A DNA stretch of 63,280 nt, filler included, from Folioceros fuciformis (Eukaryota), in NCBI GenBank assembly GCA_049999805.1. It is 8 parts of 8 records of this genome, joined end to end, with 100 filler letters (N's around TTAATTAATTAA, not from the genome) between each part and the next. Parts side by side here need not be neighbours in the genome. Positions count along the whole stretch, not along the records: positions 26,734 to 44,054 come from JBNGIO010003599.1; positions 44,155 to 51,008 come from JBNGIO010003601.1; 6 more parts are not named here. One strand, written 5' to 3'. Below the pieces are notes generated by a model, which did not search any database, was not told the DNA's origin, and worked only from the letters and a program-made list of their open reading frames with translations. Shown here one piece after another: positions 33,205-46,120 of the stretch. The position numbers and the translations under genes were made by a program. Positions within the stretch are counted from its first letter, which is position 1, and each line of letters starts with the position of its first letter.

Positions 33205-34877
33205 GCTGTTCCTCCACCCCCGGCCGCCCAAGCTCCAATCAATCAAATCTCATATCCAGCAATCAATCCTCTCCCAATCTCCGCTCCCGAATTCGCTGGC
33301 CGTAGTCCCAAATCTACCGCCCAACGAATTCTGCTGACTCCCGAGAAGCGAATCGCTCCATCATTGTCCTCCCAACCAATTGCCATCCATGCCAGGCCCA
33401 GGAGGAGGAATCTGTCTTGTCTTGTCTCGTCTGTCCGCCTCTCCCTGTCACAAGCAGCCTGGAGCGGACAGACAGACAAACAAGCAGAAGCAGCTGCAAC
33501 CACAAAGAGACGGAAAGCAGGAGAGAGAAAGGACTAGGTGGGTAGCCGCAGTGCCTGTGAAGCGTCTTGTTCCCAAGGCAGCTGCCTCCTAAAGACAAGA
33601 CACAAAACCGTGCAGAATGAATTCCTGCATCCAACAGGCGCACGGATCCTGTATCACCTGCCAGGCCAGTGCATGGCTTGTTTCCGTCCATGACGCCGAC
33701 GTCTGTTTCCTCGTTCTGTTCCGTCTAAAACAGACGGCGGCAACAGGGATCATCAGTTGCAGTGGAGGTCGAGAGGTACAGGCCGTTAACCAGCTGCCTC
33801 CATCCTCATCACTGACATGCAACATGCAACGCTCCCCCGCTAATTAATCCTGCAGCGTTAAGTACAATTATGGTTCGGTCTGGCCCAATGTCCATCGTAC
33901 CCGAGGCTGTTCCCGGGTGGTGAAGCCCGCTCATCATGGGGAGTGCGAGGATCGCTGCAGCCCGCTACGAATCGCGAGTCGGACGATCTGGGAGGCCCAA
34001 TTAATGACATGTTTATCATAAACCTAGAGGGGGAAATTCGAACCGGGTTCTTGCTTCTTGCGGAAACGCCGGCTATGGTGGGGTTGCAGCAGATCTCGTA
34101 GATATGCCTTCAATTAAGGATCCGAGGCAGGGCCCCCCCCTTGATTGTGCCTGCCGCTGCGCTGCTGCATATAAAAAAAGCAGGAGTGGAGCACTGGATC
34201 AAACGTGTGTCAGGAAGTCAGGTTCAAAACACTTTTCATCTCCCTCGGTTCGCTGCCTCCGGATGCTGTTGGTGAACATTCATTCATAAACAGTATTCAG
34301 GCGGTCACCAGACAGTTCCTGAAACTTCCTCTGTAGACGTGGATAGGTCTTAAGTCAGCCAGAGGAGTAGCTCGACAAAAACTGGCGTTGGAGACGTGTG
34401 GCGACCGTCTTGGGCCCTTGCCTGCTTCTCACCACCATCCTCCTCAGCGCATTAGAATATTGGAATATAGGAACGGCATTCGGACGTGGGTATGGCGACT
34501 TCATATGCGTCATGCCTGCATACATGATTCTTAACAAGATCAGAAGTTGTGTCCTTCGACCCCAAATCGAGAGGGTGTTGGAAACCGGGGATGGGATTAA
34601 AACTTACTTGTGTTCTACGAGTCTTTGCTATGTTACTCTACCAGCATTTGTCCTTGTCCACACTTCACATTTGACTATCAACAACCAGCTACACTTTGCT
34701 AAATATGTGGTAAGTCCTGGGACAAGTTTGATTGTCTGTTCATCACACCTACTTGCAACAAACTAAGTCCTAGTCTTTTCCTTGCAGGAAGCACCTCATT
34801 ACCTTCTCATAGCCCCTTCTAACAACGAGTGACATAGAAGTGCACCCCGAAGATGTCTAATCGCACGAGTATAGGAT

Positions 34878-37120
34878 AAACCTAAACTAATCAAAGTCAT
34901 TTTATGAACTAATTAGTCTTGATCTAGTGAAGCTTGCACCCAAGATCATGAACAAGATCTTGTTGCGACACAACATCTACAATCCAACAGCTCTCTCCAG
35001 CTTGCACCCAAGATCTTGTTGTGATGCAATACACAACATCTACAACCCAAGAGCTCTCTCCATTACACAAGCTTCAAACAGCCCACCATTCTCCAAAGCA
35101 AAAACTATGCATGCTTAGTAATATGAAGGAATGATTCTCCAACCCACAAACTATGCATGCTTAGAAATATGATTTCTTCACAATCGCTTGCAAATGCTTT
35201 CTTCCCAATCACTTGCAAATGCTTTCTTCCATGAATCTCAAATCTTAGGAGATGACATCGCAATTACAATGAACATGCTTAAGACCAAGGAATACATTCT
35301 AAACCTCACCACAACCATATTGAGAAGAAGGCATATGTCAAAGTCTAAGGAATCCATCCTTAACCTCTCCATGTATGGTTATGTGGAGAAGAAAATTACT
35401 TGTCAAAGTCCAAGGAATTCATCCTAAACCTTATCAGTGGATTGGAGAAGAAGTCATATGTCAAAGTCCAAGGAATCATTTGCCTTTATAAGGAGGCATG
35501 CTATCATATTCAAATCTTGCCAATACATTTCATTCAAAACAACAAAGGACACGTCCTTGTCTCAAAACCCAAGCTTATCACTAACTTGGTCTTCAAGAGA
35601 AGATTCTGCAATGAGGTCCATTTACAACAAAGCTAGTATCTATCAAAGTGTGGGTATAGAAATAAGAGTCATTTACATGGTGGCCATGTGGATGATTGTC
35701 TTCTGCATTATAGGTACTTCTACATGGCCTACGCATTTTAATGGTACACAAGACGCATTGGAGCATACCAAGGATGTTACATGAACAAGAACTTGTCATT
35801 GAAGCAAGCAAGCTTGCAACCTTAGAGATTTTGGAACTAGCGCCCATGCAAATGTCATGGTTTTCAGTTTATGGGAAAAGCTTGTTTCAATAGGTCTTGT
35901 CCAAACAAGGTGTCCAAGGTTGAACAATGTAGGTTCATTTCCCCAATACCCTCTAGTAAGCACAATAATGTAGTACCTCACATGTGTCTCGTTTTAGGAT
36001 TCTTAGATGTGGTAACCCTAGCATAATTTGTATCTATCCATAACCTATAATCAACAATTTTGTTTCTTTTTAAGTATTTTTACAGTGAAATAAATTGAGA
36101 ACTCCTAAACAAAACGTGTAGGTGAATAATAATTTTTTTCTTTGATTTTACACAAAAAAAGCATAGTTCGCTCGTCAAACATTATCATTAGTATCATTAG
36201 TAGCATTCTTTCACTTTCTTGTATGAATCTTAAATCTTAGTAAAATATGAGAAAATTGCAGTCATGATAAATATGCTTCAGTCTAAAGAACCCTAGACCT
36301 CACCATAGTCATATGAAGAAGAGTTTGAAGTACATACCAAAGTCAAAGATTTCATCCTAAACTGAAGAAGAAATCATATGTCATAGTCCGAGAAATTCAT
36401 TCAAATGCTGACCAATACACTAGAAGAAGTCATATGTGAAAGGCCAAGGAATTCATTCTAAACCTTACCAGTGGATTGGAGACTAAGTAATATGTCAAAG
36501 GCCAAGGAATTCATCCCACACCTTACCATTGGAGAAAACTTATGTGTCAAAGTCCAAGGAATCACACACCTTCTAAGAAGGCATGCCATCCTATTCAAAT
36601 CTTGCAAATACATTTTTGTCAACAAAACAAAGGACTCTACCCTTGTTCTAAAAACTAAGCTTACCACCAACTTGGTCTTAAAGAGAAGATTCTACAATTG
36701 GGTCACTTTGGAGCAAAGCTAGCATCTATCAAAGTGCAAGCATAGACATAAGAGTGCTTTACATTTTTGCTATGTTGATGATCATAGTGCGCATCATAGG
36801 TGCTTGCTTATGGGATTTTCATGGTACCCAAGAAGCATTGGAGCACTCCAAGAATGATACATGAGAGCTTGCAAGTGGAGCGAGCAAGCTTACAATCCTA
36901 TAGATGTAAGAAATAGAGGCTATGACATATGCAAGAAAGCTTACAATCCTAGAGATGTTAGAAATAGAACCCATGTAAATGTCATAACTTATAATTTATG
37001 GAAAAAGTTTGCTTGAGGTCTTGGCCAAATGAGTTGTCCAAGGTCCGACCCTACAATGGGGTTCATGGCAAAGCTTGCTCAAAAACATGGTGTTTGTGTT
37101 TGAACATATCTTGTCCAAGT
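34878..37120 (-). mobile_element. Copies B and C (tandem) of the same unclassified dispersed repeat, lying between the two RLK genes
   Basis: 35230-35960 and 36220-37120 are colinear with 25180-26270; 34878-34968 matches 26308-26402 (aaacctaa..ctagtgaagc..caagatc..gatcttgttgcg). Confidence 0.7.
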
Positions 37121-37783
37121 TCCCTCCGTAATGGAAGAAAAGAAAAACCCTAACATGTTTTCATCCTGGACAATAATACAATACCTCACAAGACTCTCAC
37201 AAGACTCTAATAGTATTCTTCTAATTGGACTGTTTTTTTAACTTTCCTACTTACGAGTCCCCAACTTTCCCATAGAACTTCAGTCTCTACGACTCAACTG
37301 GAGTCGGGGGTCGCGTCCAAGTTCCTCACCTCTCAGGTCCTTGTGGAGTTCACAATTTCTGGATGTGCCCGTGCCTTAGCTCGGCCCTGAATGTGGACAG
37401 CAAGCAAATGACTGGCACCTCGGGTTTCTTCTAAAGCCCTTCACCTCGAAGTTGTCCTGCAAAACAGTGGAGGAAAATCATCGGGCAATACGCTCAACCG
37501 TAACTGCGGTCACGGTCGACAATGTGATGCTGTGAAATATGATCACTTCTTCCATCCTTGGGCCGGCATGGATGACAGGATTCGAGGAGGTACAAATCTG
37601 ACTTTCCAGGAGAGCGATAGTCTGTAGATTTGTAGATCTGCGAACTTCAGGTAGGGGTCTACATACATTTACAGTTTGAAAGCATATCCACAAAGGGAAG
37701 TCTTTCCTACGGCGAATAGTATCCTAGTTTCCAGGAGATAAAGATTGAGGGCTCCTGGTGGAACAGCGTACGGAGACGAGTTC

Positions 37784-39849
37784 TCAACCTTCCAGCACTT
37801 CAACGATCTCCTCCACAGCAGCCACTTTGGAGGAGATCTTATCCCTGTTCTTCCCGCGTTGTTGCAGCATGCGAACCACGGCTTTCATGTCCGGTCTTGC
37901 GGATGGGGCTTCTTGGGAACATGACAAGCCTAGTCTGCACACCATGCTGATTTCCCGCAGTTGAGCATCGGTAAAGTTCCCGCTGCGAGCTAGGGTTGGA
38001 TCCAGGATCCTGAGCAAATTCTGCTTGACTAGAGCATCGTTCACCCACTGGGACATGGTGACTCCATCCCCGAACAAGGAGCTCGTAGGCCTCTGTCTGG
38101 TAATGAGCTCAAGGAGAAGGATGCCGAAGCTGTACACATCTGCCTTCGGAGAGCTAGTCATGGAGAAGACGTTCTCTGCAGACCCCACATGCGAACACAA
38201 AGTCAAGTCTTAACGTCCAACAAAAAACGCAGAAATGTGCAACAAATGGCGTCGAGGAGTGCATTACCTGGCGCAGTGTAGCCTATGGTCCAGTAAGAGG
38301 CGTTGGACCCAGCACACTCTGACACCAGCTTTGCTACGCCCAAGGGGGAAACATGCGCAACCAAGTCGGCGTCAAGCAGAATGTTGCTGGGGTTAAGGTC
38401 AGAGTGCACCAAAGGTCTCGGACTCTCTTGATGCAGATACTTCAATCCCATAGCCACTCCCAGAGCAATGCCGTATCTTTCATCCCAACTGAGCTGGCAA
38501 TCATTCACCTGCAAAGCTGGACTGCCATACAGGAGCATTTCAAGGCTTCCCTGTGGCATGTAGTCCAGGATGAGCAACATCATGTCCACCTTTGCAACAT
38601 ATCCAAGCGTTCTAACCAGATTCGGGTGGCGGAAATGGCCGACAGCTTCTACAGCCTTCGAGAAGCGTGGCAAGATCATTTCCGGGTCACCCTTGTTCTC
38701 CAAGTTGAGCCACTTGATAGCTACCACCTTCCCATCTGGCAGCTCTGCCTTGTACACCTTACTGAAAGGCCCATATCCGATCTCAAGCTCTTTGCTTAAG
38801 TAGGCTGTTGCAGTCCAGAGGTCCTCGACTATCAATCCTCGACGACTGCCCAGCCTCTTAGACAGAATCCTGACCGGCTCTGTTCCCCTGTTTTCCATAG
38901 GGGGCACTGCTGTAAACGGTATAAGCTTCGCTGACTCTGATCCGCTCAACTTCGCAGGCTTCCCTGGGCCTCGCTTCCACAGTACCATGCACACAAGAAC
39001 CGCTACCGAGAACAACACCAGAGCGCTGGCAACAAGGGCAGCCACCAGCCATATCCTAAACGACTTCCTTCTATTCTCACAGGCTATGCGAGAAAACGAC
39101 TTGCAAAAAGCAGATGGAACAGTAAGACCTGCATTCCCGATGAAGGAGTCCTCGGGAAAGGACCTCGGTGTGCCATCAAGGAACTGCGAACGATTGAGCA
39201 GAGTGGCCGGAATGATCCCCTCAAGTCTGTTGTAGGAAACATTCAAACTACCCAGCCTTGGAAGCTGCCCGAGTTCTGGAGGGATGGTGCCCACCAACTG
39301 ATTACTGTCCAAAGCCAGCGAGTTCAGATACTGGCACATCACAATGTCAGCCGGTATCTCCCCCCGGATGTTGTTGCGGGACAAGTCGAGAGACACAAGG
39401 TTAGGGAATGCCGTAGCCAAGTCATCAGGAATAGAGCCCGAAAACGAGTTGCCGGAGAGCTTGATGGTGGAGAGACCGTCACAAGCTTTCAGAAGATCAA
39501 GCCGGAGCTCCCCTTCAAGCCCGAGCTCTGACAGATCTAGCTGGGAGACATCGCTGGCGCTGGGGTGTCGACATTGGACCCCAGTCCAATTGCAGACAAC
39601 CGGTGATTCAGACAGAGGCGCCAAATTTTTTTGCGGGTCCGTAATGGATGCCTTGAATTCCTTGAGACATGCTTGGGAGCTCACACCCAGCACGCAGCCC
39701 AATAGAATAAGCGCCTGCAGTCCGGCCACCAGGCAGGCAGCTCGCCACCCTTTGCCCATCCCGTTCAACCAGCACATCGCCCTCAAACCTACAAAGTTCA
39801 GGAAAAAAGGAGAAGCCATGGTCAAGGCGCAACGCGAGAAGCACACCAT
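37784..39849 (-). CDS. LRR receptor-like pseudokinase 2, paralog of RLK1. Exon 1 (ATG 39849 or 39759)-38268, exon 2 38175-37784
   Basis: Same 5-LRR ectodomain, the same EPVRILS juxtamembrane motif and the same APE intron. Catalytic motifs are degenerate: HSDLNPSN, and DFG replaced by PLG. Confidence 0.92.
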
Positions 39850-40529
39850 CGCACAGTCCACGACTCCATATCCTTGCACTGTGGATGCAATCAAAATGGT
39901 TAAGGCCCGAGACACGAGTCAGTGTAAGTCAGAGCAACCAGAGTGAAGCGCATTGACTCAGTGTTTTCTAAAAGGTACATGTTTTCTCACAGGTTGAGCC
40001 AAGAGATCCAAATTTTAGACTTGGCCTATTCTAATTTTTATGTCGTTGTCGGGATCGAATCCAGGTCCCCCCAATCCATACTCTACGTAAAACTCAACAC
40101 AGTAACACAACCACACTGCTGTATTTTAATTTTATTTTAATCCTTTTTTAAGTCCCAAGTCTATGTCATTATGCTTGTTGCAAGCTCCTATCCGACATGT
40201 TTCTGCCACGCTTCTATCCCACATGCTTCCACATGGTCCACATCATTTCACTGCAGCTCTTCATACTTCTGCCTGGAGAGGGCATAAAGCATTGTTGCAA
40301 AAAGCTGAGGGATGTTTTAAAAATGGAGACAAACCCATATGCAATACAATCTCAACATGACTATGTACATGGGCTGCATGTACTAGTTTGATGTCATGGT
40401 TTGTGTTACGGGTCTAGAAAATGTTATAACAAGAGCTCAACTTCTATGTTTGCTTATGCATCCCACCCTTATTAGAGTATGGTACTATACTTTGCTCTTG
40501 GGGTTGCTAATTTTTCATAATCTTGATTT

Positions 40530-40900
40530 CATGCAGAGCCAACATTTTTTGCACTAGGGGGAATAGGTTTGTGTTCTTGATATGGTTGTTATGGATTTCA
40601 CTAAGGATTTGATTTGCGAGCACGTCCTCATCGACCTCCCTTAACGGGTGACGGAGGGTTGTGCAAGCACCAAAGTCCATAAGTATTCACCCTTGCAAGA
40701 CAGACATATTTTCATTCCCCTTGCTCTTGAGACTTATGGGGCTATGGGCAAAGACTTTTCAAGGTTCATCAAAGAGTGTGCCACAATTTATCAGAGTCAT
40801 AAGAATGGTGTTCTCCCTCTTTCCTTTGTGGTGGCCTTCTTTCAACAACTCGTATCCATTGCTTTGTAAAGAGCACTGGCCCATGCGGTTTTTAGAACAG
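40530..40900 (+). mobile_element. Remnant of the restriction-like endonuclease C-terminus of a CRE/NeSL-type non-LTR retrotransposon
   Basis: VLDMVVMD...KVHKY...FIPLALETYGAMG...VSIAL*RA matches the K..KY...F.P.A.ET.G...SIALQR pattern; there is an in-frame stop. Confidence 0.65.
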
Positions 40901-41279
40901 CAACAAGCGCAGGTCAAGCGTCTTCTTCAACACCAGTGGTAGGTAGGGCTTTTGTTATTTGAAGGAGCTAGTACCCCTTTTTGGCCTTTGGCCCTACTCA
41001 GGTTTTCCTCCAATCTTTGGAGTAGATGGGACTTTCCATCTTTTTTTCGTTAATAGAAAATATATTATTTCATGCAACCTATCTAATAACCTTGGTACAT
41101 ACATGAGATTTTTTTGTATTTCTTTGCCATGTCTTCTATATTTTTAATGCTTCCACGTAAACTTCACCCGTGTTGCGTTTAACACCCTATATGTGAGACA
41201 TGATTCTATACAGGCATACTAAATATTCTACGCCATACATCCATCTCCCATATTCCTTCGATATAGATATTAGCAAGTA

Positions 41280-43075
41280 TTTATTTATTTATCATTAGGC
41301 GTATGTAGCCGTGAGGCTATGACGCCGGAACGTGAATCAAAAACATGATTGAATGGACACTTTGGGAAAGCGCAAAAGAAAGAGGATTAGAGCAAACAAA
41401 ATAGCAAATCTAGATAGCTATGTCAATAAGCCTAAGTTAAGTAATTGCCAATCGCCTTGAAGTAAGAGAGAAGTTTTTCCCTGAGTTTGGGAACACTAAG
41501 AAGTTGGCGGATATCGTAGTAAAAGCCTTGAAACACCTGGATCCAAGTGTTGCGAGTGGCCATACACTAGCCAAGAATGTGGTGACGAGTTTCTTCTAAA
41601 GACCTGCATTTCCGACAAAATGGATCCTCTGCAATGTTGAATCTCCTAAAGTAAGCCCCAATAGCCATATGCCCAGTCTGAAGCTAGGTGAGAAATGACG
41701 AGAGCTTACGGTCATGGAGACCAAGGCGTTGTAGCACCAAGGCTGAAGGGCCACCAAGCACCACCCTCTTAAGCGCAGAAGCCTTAGTTGAGGAAACCCA
41801 TCGTAAACGCCACTCCTGTAGAATTGCAGCATGAATTTGCTAGTGAGCTTTGGACACTGATAGGATCCGGTCTTCGCGGGAAATGGGAAGAAGAGTGGTA
41901 GCCTTAGCGATAACATCTGCATGCTCAATACCAACTATATTATGATGGCTCGGAATCCAGTGGAGATTAAGGGAAACCTCCAGATGAGCTACCGAAAAGG
42001 CATGGAGAGATGTCCTACCTTGGAGAGATATGGCTTGTGCTGGGCGAGCCAAAGTGTCCGTTAAAGATATGATAGCTGCTTGATTATCAAGGAAAATTGT
42101 AACTGACGAAATCCTGGGGATGGAAGTAAAGAGGGTGGGCAGGCATGAAATTGCTTTGACCACAGAGAGGAGTTCTGCCTCATAAACCCCGTAGTATGTT
42201 TCTAAACCAAAAGATAATTGATGGACAATATCCCCTTTGAAGTAGAAAACAGCCGCGCCCTCGGCATGACCATCCAAAAGAGAACCATCAGTGTAAATGG
42301 CAAGGGCATCAGGAGTCAAAAGATGTAGGGAATGTGAGGCAATAGCAGAAGTGGGAGATAGTAAAATTATGATGGTTGTGGGTAAAGAAAGAGGAGAGGC
42401 CCAAGGAGGCACGAATCGAGGAAAAATAGTCTCAATGGCAGTGGAGATGGGCAGGCCTAAAGCGGAGTACAGAGTACTAGGGGAAAGGAGTTTGAGGCGA
42501 CTGCGGATAGCATTGTAGTACCGTTTTTTGTAGTTAGTCGTAGGAAGAAAGACTTGATGGATGGGGTGAGAGGGAGGGTAGGAGATGTTGCGGAGGAGAG
42601 AACGGAGAGAATGGCGTTGGAGGCCTAACTCTGTGGGCAGAAGAAAAGCTTCAAATTCCAGGGCATTAATGGAGGTAGTTCGAAACGCACTAGTAATGGC
42701 CCTACAGGCAAGACGTTGAACCCGTTGGAGGTGTTGAATGTGTGTACGACCTCCGTTGAACCAGACATTGTAGCCGTAATCGAGCTTGGGCAGGACAACA
42801 CTAATGTATAATTGTCGAAGAAGCTTGGCATTGAGGCCCCAAACTGAATTCCCAAGAGAGATTATAGCTGACAAAGTACGCATTGCGGAAGCCGTAACCT
42901 GATGAACATGCGTGTTCCAAGTTAACTTGGAATCCAAATAGAAGCCCAAAAACCTATCACACTCGGAGGGAGTGATAAGGGAACCATCGGGTAACGAAAG
43001 AGTACAATCCTTTGTTGATTTCTTACGCTTCAGGGAAAAATGAATAAGTTCAAACTTGTTAGAATCGAACTCCAC
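41280..43075 (-). mobile_element. 5'-truncated LINE (Tad1/I-group-like): RT C-terminus, RNase H and Zn-knuckle remnant
   Basis: KFELIHFS...RFLGFYLDSKLTWNTH...RQLY.SVVLPKLDYG...LQRVQR...AFRTT; RNase H IYTDGS/EAEL/DNQAAI/WIPSH/EHADVIAK; a CxC..ETRHH..G remnant near 41570-41620; an A-rich TAA-like tail near 41280-41297. Confidence 0.88.
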
Positions 43076-44054
43076 GAGGTGCGTAGAAGGGCAAGGGTTA
43101 GCAAGTAGAAGGGCATAGTAAGTGCACATACCTTGCCATCCCTTGCTCATTCATCCACCTTACAAGTCTAGAGGCTATTTTACATTGTACACACAACTCC
43201 ATTTTCATTTAGAACGCAAACTACCCTCCTTGACTATCTCTCTAAAGATTTGCAAACAATCAATTCATATTGTGCTGAGAGTTAATTGTCGTTAATCGTA
43301 GCGGTCCTGTTCCATTACTCAAATCCAGGCAAGGTCTTTTTCACAATTTCATTTCACACTATACATTAGAAGATTGTGAATCTAGCATGGCTACCCATAG
43401 TTTCTCACGTTATCTCCTTTATCTACTTGTCAACAACTTTGCCTTTGCATTTGTCTCTCTTATTGCCTAACTGTCGCAATTTACAATCATTTAATCTTGA
43501 TTGCCATCAATAACTTCAAAAGAACACAATATTTGATGCAAAGCACTAGAGATTCCTATAAGAAAAAACTATCCCATCGCCTTAGGCCAGAAGTCCCTAG
43601 GTCTTTATCAGCGTCTTCTTCATTTACATCTCTACCAAAAAGCCTTCGGCCACCATGTAGGCGGTGAGGCCTATCCTCTACTACTACCTCTCACGAAACA
43701 GCTCCATCACTACCTCAATGTTCTTTTTCGCGAGGAAGGACCATTAACAATGTTTGTTATAAAAGGGGTTTACCCTAAAACCCTTTGTTGAACGTAGAGT
43801 GTTTTTTCTATGCCAAAGAATCCACACAAAAAATAGCCATTTTAAAGAGCTTAGATTTTTCTTATACAAACATAAATATATTTTATTTTTAAAGTTACTT
43901 AATTTCGAGGTTCTAAGCAACAAGGTCGTTCTTAAGTTTGATTGGAATACAAATGTATTGAATGTTTGTAGAACATGCTTGAAATCCTCATCCATAAAGA
44001 AGTCTATCACTTGTTTATAGTAAGTCCACTCTTGCTCCTCGATAACCATTTGAT

Positions 44055-44154
44055 NNNNNNNNNNNNNNNNNNNNNNNNNNNNNNNNNNNNNNNNNNNNTT
44101 AATTAATTAANNNNNNNNNNNNNNNNNNNNNNNNNNNNNNNNNNNNNNNNNNNN
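44055..44154. other. Artificial scaffold linker
   Basis: 44N-TTAATTAATTAA-44N. Confidence 0.97.
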
Positions 44155-44289
44155 GACCGGGCCACTCTGGGAGGATAACGTGAGGGAGCTTTCCTACTCA
44201 CCTAGCTCCGGCGGAGCGTGGTGGGTTTAGATCGGAGCCGGAATCAACTGAATTGATCCAATGTGCTAGTTGTTGCCTGCAATCTGGCG

Positions 44290-44873
44290 ATGGGGGTCGA
44301 AGAGATCTATGTGGTGCCAGCCGGCCCGGTGGGCAGGGAGGCTGTGGCGAAGAGTGGTCCAGTGAAGACTCTCCTGCCTGCCTGCTCGGCTGTGCAGGTT
44401 GCCTACTGTAATTGCTTTAACCGGTGAGGTTTGGCAATCTAGTTCTGAGGTTGTCTACACTTGAAAAACACCTGGAATGCTGCCTGCAAGCGCAGACCCT
44501 AGTTTGTGGTGAAGGCTGGTATGAGCTTTGGCTCTTGTCGCTTGTTGAGACATCGGTGCTCAATCTGGTCCATTTTCGAACTGCAGATGGTACAATGACA
44601 AGTTCGTGACCAATCAGTGGGACAAGGAAGAGTGCTTCTCGGAATTGGAGGCGTACAGGGCATGTGTTACGGTATGTTTGCCCAGTTTCGCTTGTCAGCA
44701 GCTGAGGGTTGGTAGCAGCTGAGGGTTGGTATGTTGTGTGGGAGTTGTATCTTCATCTCGTTTTCCTCTCTGTGTACCCATGAGTCTCTGTTGTTCTCGT
44801 GTCCAAACAGGGAAGAAAGGTGATGGACTTCATGAATGATACTGGAGGGTTTCGTTCAACGCATGAGAGATGA
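44290..44873 (+). CDS. MDM35: Mdm35/TRIAP1 (UPF0203) twin-CX9C mitochondrial intermembrane-space protein. Exons 44290-44423, 44587-44671, 44811-44873 (last exon less certain)
   Basis: The spliced product contains ACSAVQVAYCNCFNR|WYNDKFVTNQWDKEECFSELEAYRACVT: two CX9C motifs and the CFN.WY..KF...WDKEEC signature, with canonical GT-AG sites. Confidence 0.85.
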
Positions 44874-46120
44874 TGATGGCAAGTTAGTACGTTTCTTGCT
44901 TGGAATGCGTGTCAGTCGTAGGTGTGACACGCATTTGTTTGCTGTTGCCCTTCTCAGGCCGCCTCGATTCATGGCTGATGGTTTCAGGCCTCGGATCTTC
45001 CAGGTCTCGTTCATCACTTCCAGGGGCGGACGGAAGGTGGGGATTGTTAACAGGTGGCTATGAAAAGAGAAATATCCAGCAGTGCTTGGCCAGCAGTTGT
45101 ATATAGAGCTATTGTACAGGTGGTAGGGTGGCTTCTTGCACTCCGTTGCTGATTGCCCGAGTTCAGGGTTGTTAGGCCGTGTCTTGTGGATGCCGTTCTA
45201 AAATTTGATCTTCCTTTTTCCGGAGGGACTTGTTAGGGGCCTCGCTCCCTCCCAGATCCTCTTAGCGATCAGGCTGTTAAGACTGGTTCCTTGCAACGTA
45301 TTGATTGTGACCATCAGAAATGGCTTGAAAACAAATTGATGAAGCGGAAAGGGGATGCGGCATGTTCGAAGGCAGATGGGCATGCCGAAACTGTGTGGTT
45401 CTTCCAGTCCTCCGTCCATGTTGTTATGTCCTGTGCACTACTTTTGGAAGCCAGAGAAATTTGACTCAGCTGAGAAAAACCAGAGTGTACATTTCTTAAG
45501 TGCAGTACGCGAGAGAGACAAACAGGACGTGGACACAAGGCGGGTTGGAATGGGTGGAACACAAGGGTTGCGAGGAAAAGTCCATCCAGTCAGAGTGTCT
45601 CTAGGTGAGGTAGATACAAACTAAAATTGAGAGGAGGATATTCCTCCTCTCAAATTGGAAAAAATTTGCATGACTACACTTCGACTGTCGAACTACCATA
45701 TGCCTATCATGATGTCAGGGCTAGGTTTGCCGTACTTCTCTGTATTGTTTTCCTCCTCAGATGTAGCCCCCATAACCAGCAGCGTGCCCCAGTTACTCCG
45801 CGTCACGGGATAGGGAAACCGTGCAAACTCCATTTGCCAACTATTTGTTGCCCCAACAGCCAGTTAGCTACCTCCCCTTCGGCCTCGTTGGTGGCAGGAA
45901 CAGGGGGTGAAGAGTGAACCGGACTGGTCTCCATCTGGTTAGACTAGTCTAAACTCCGTCAGGCTCGACATAAAATACAGGACACCCAAGGCTGTTGGAC
46001 CAGTCGGACTCCACAGCTGGTGCGAACTCACGCGGGTCTGGAAGGGATGATCCCCCTACTAGCTGTGACCATCTTCCGTCCGCCGGGTTAGATCTCTACC
46101 GCTGGCACCTGTTTGTACAC

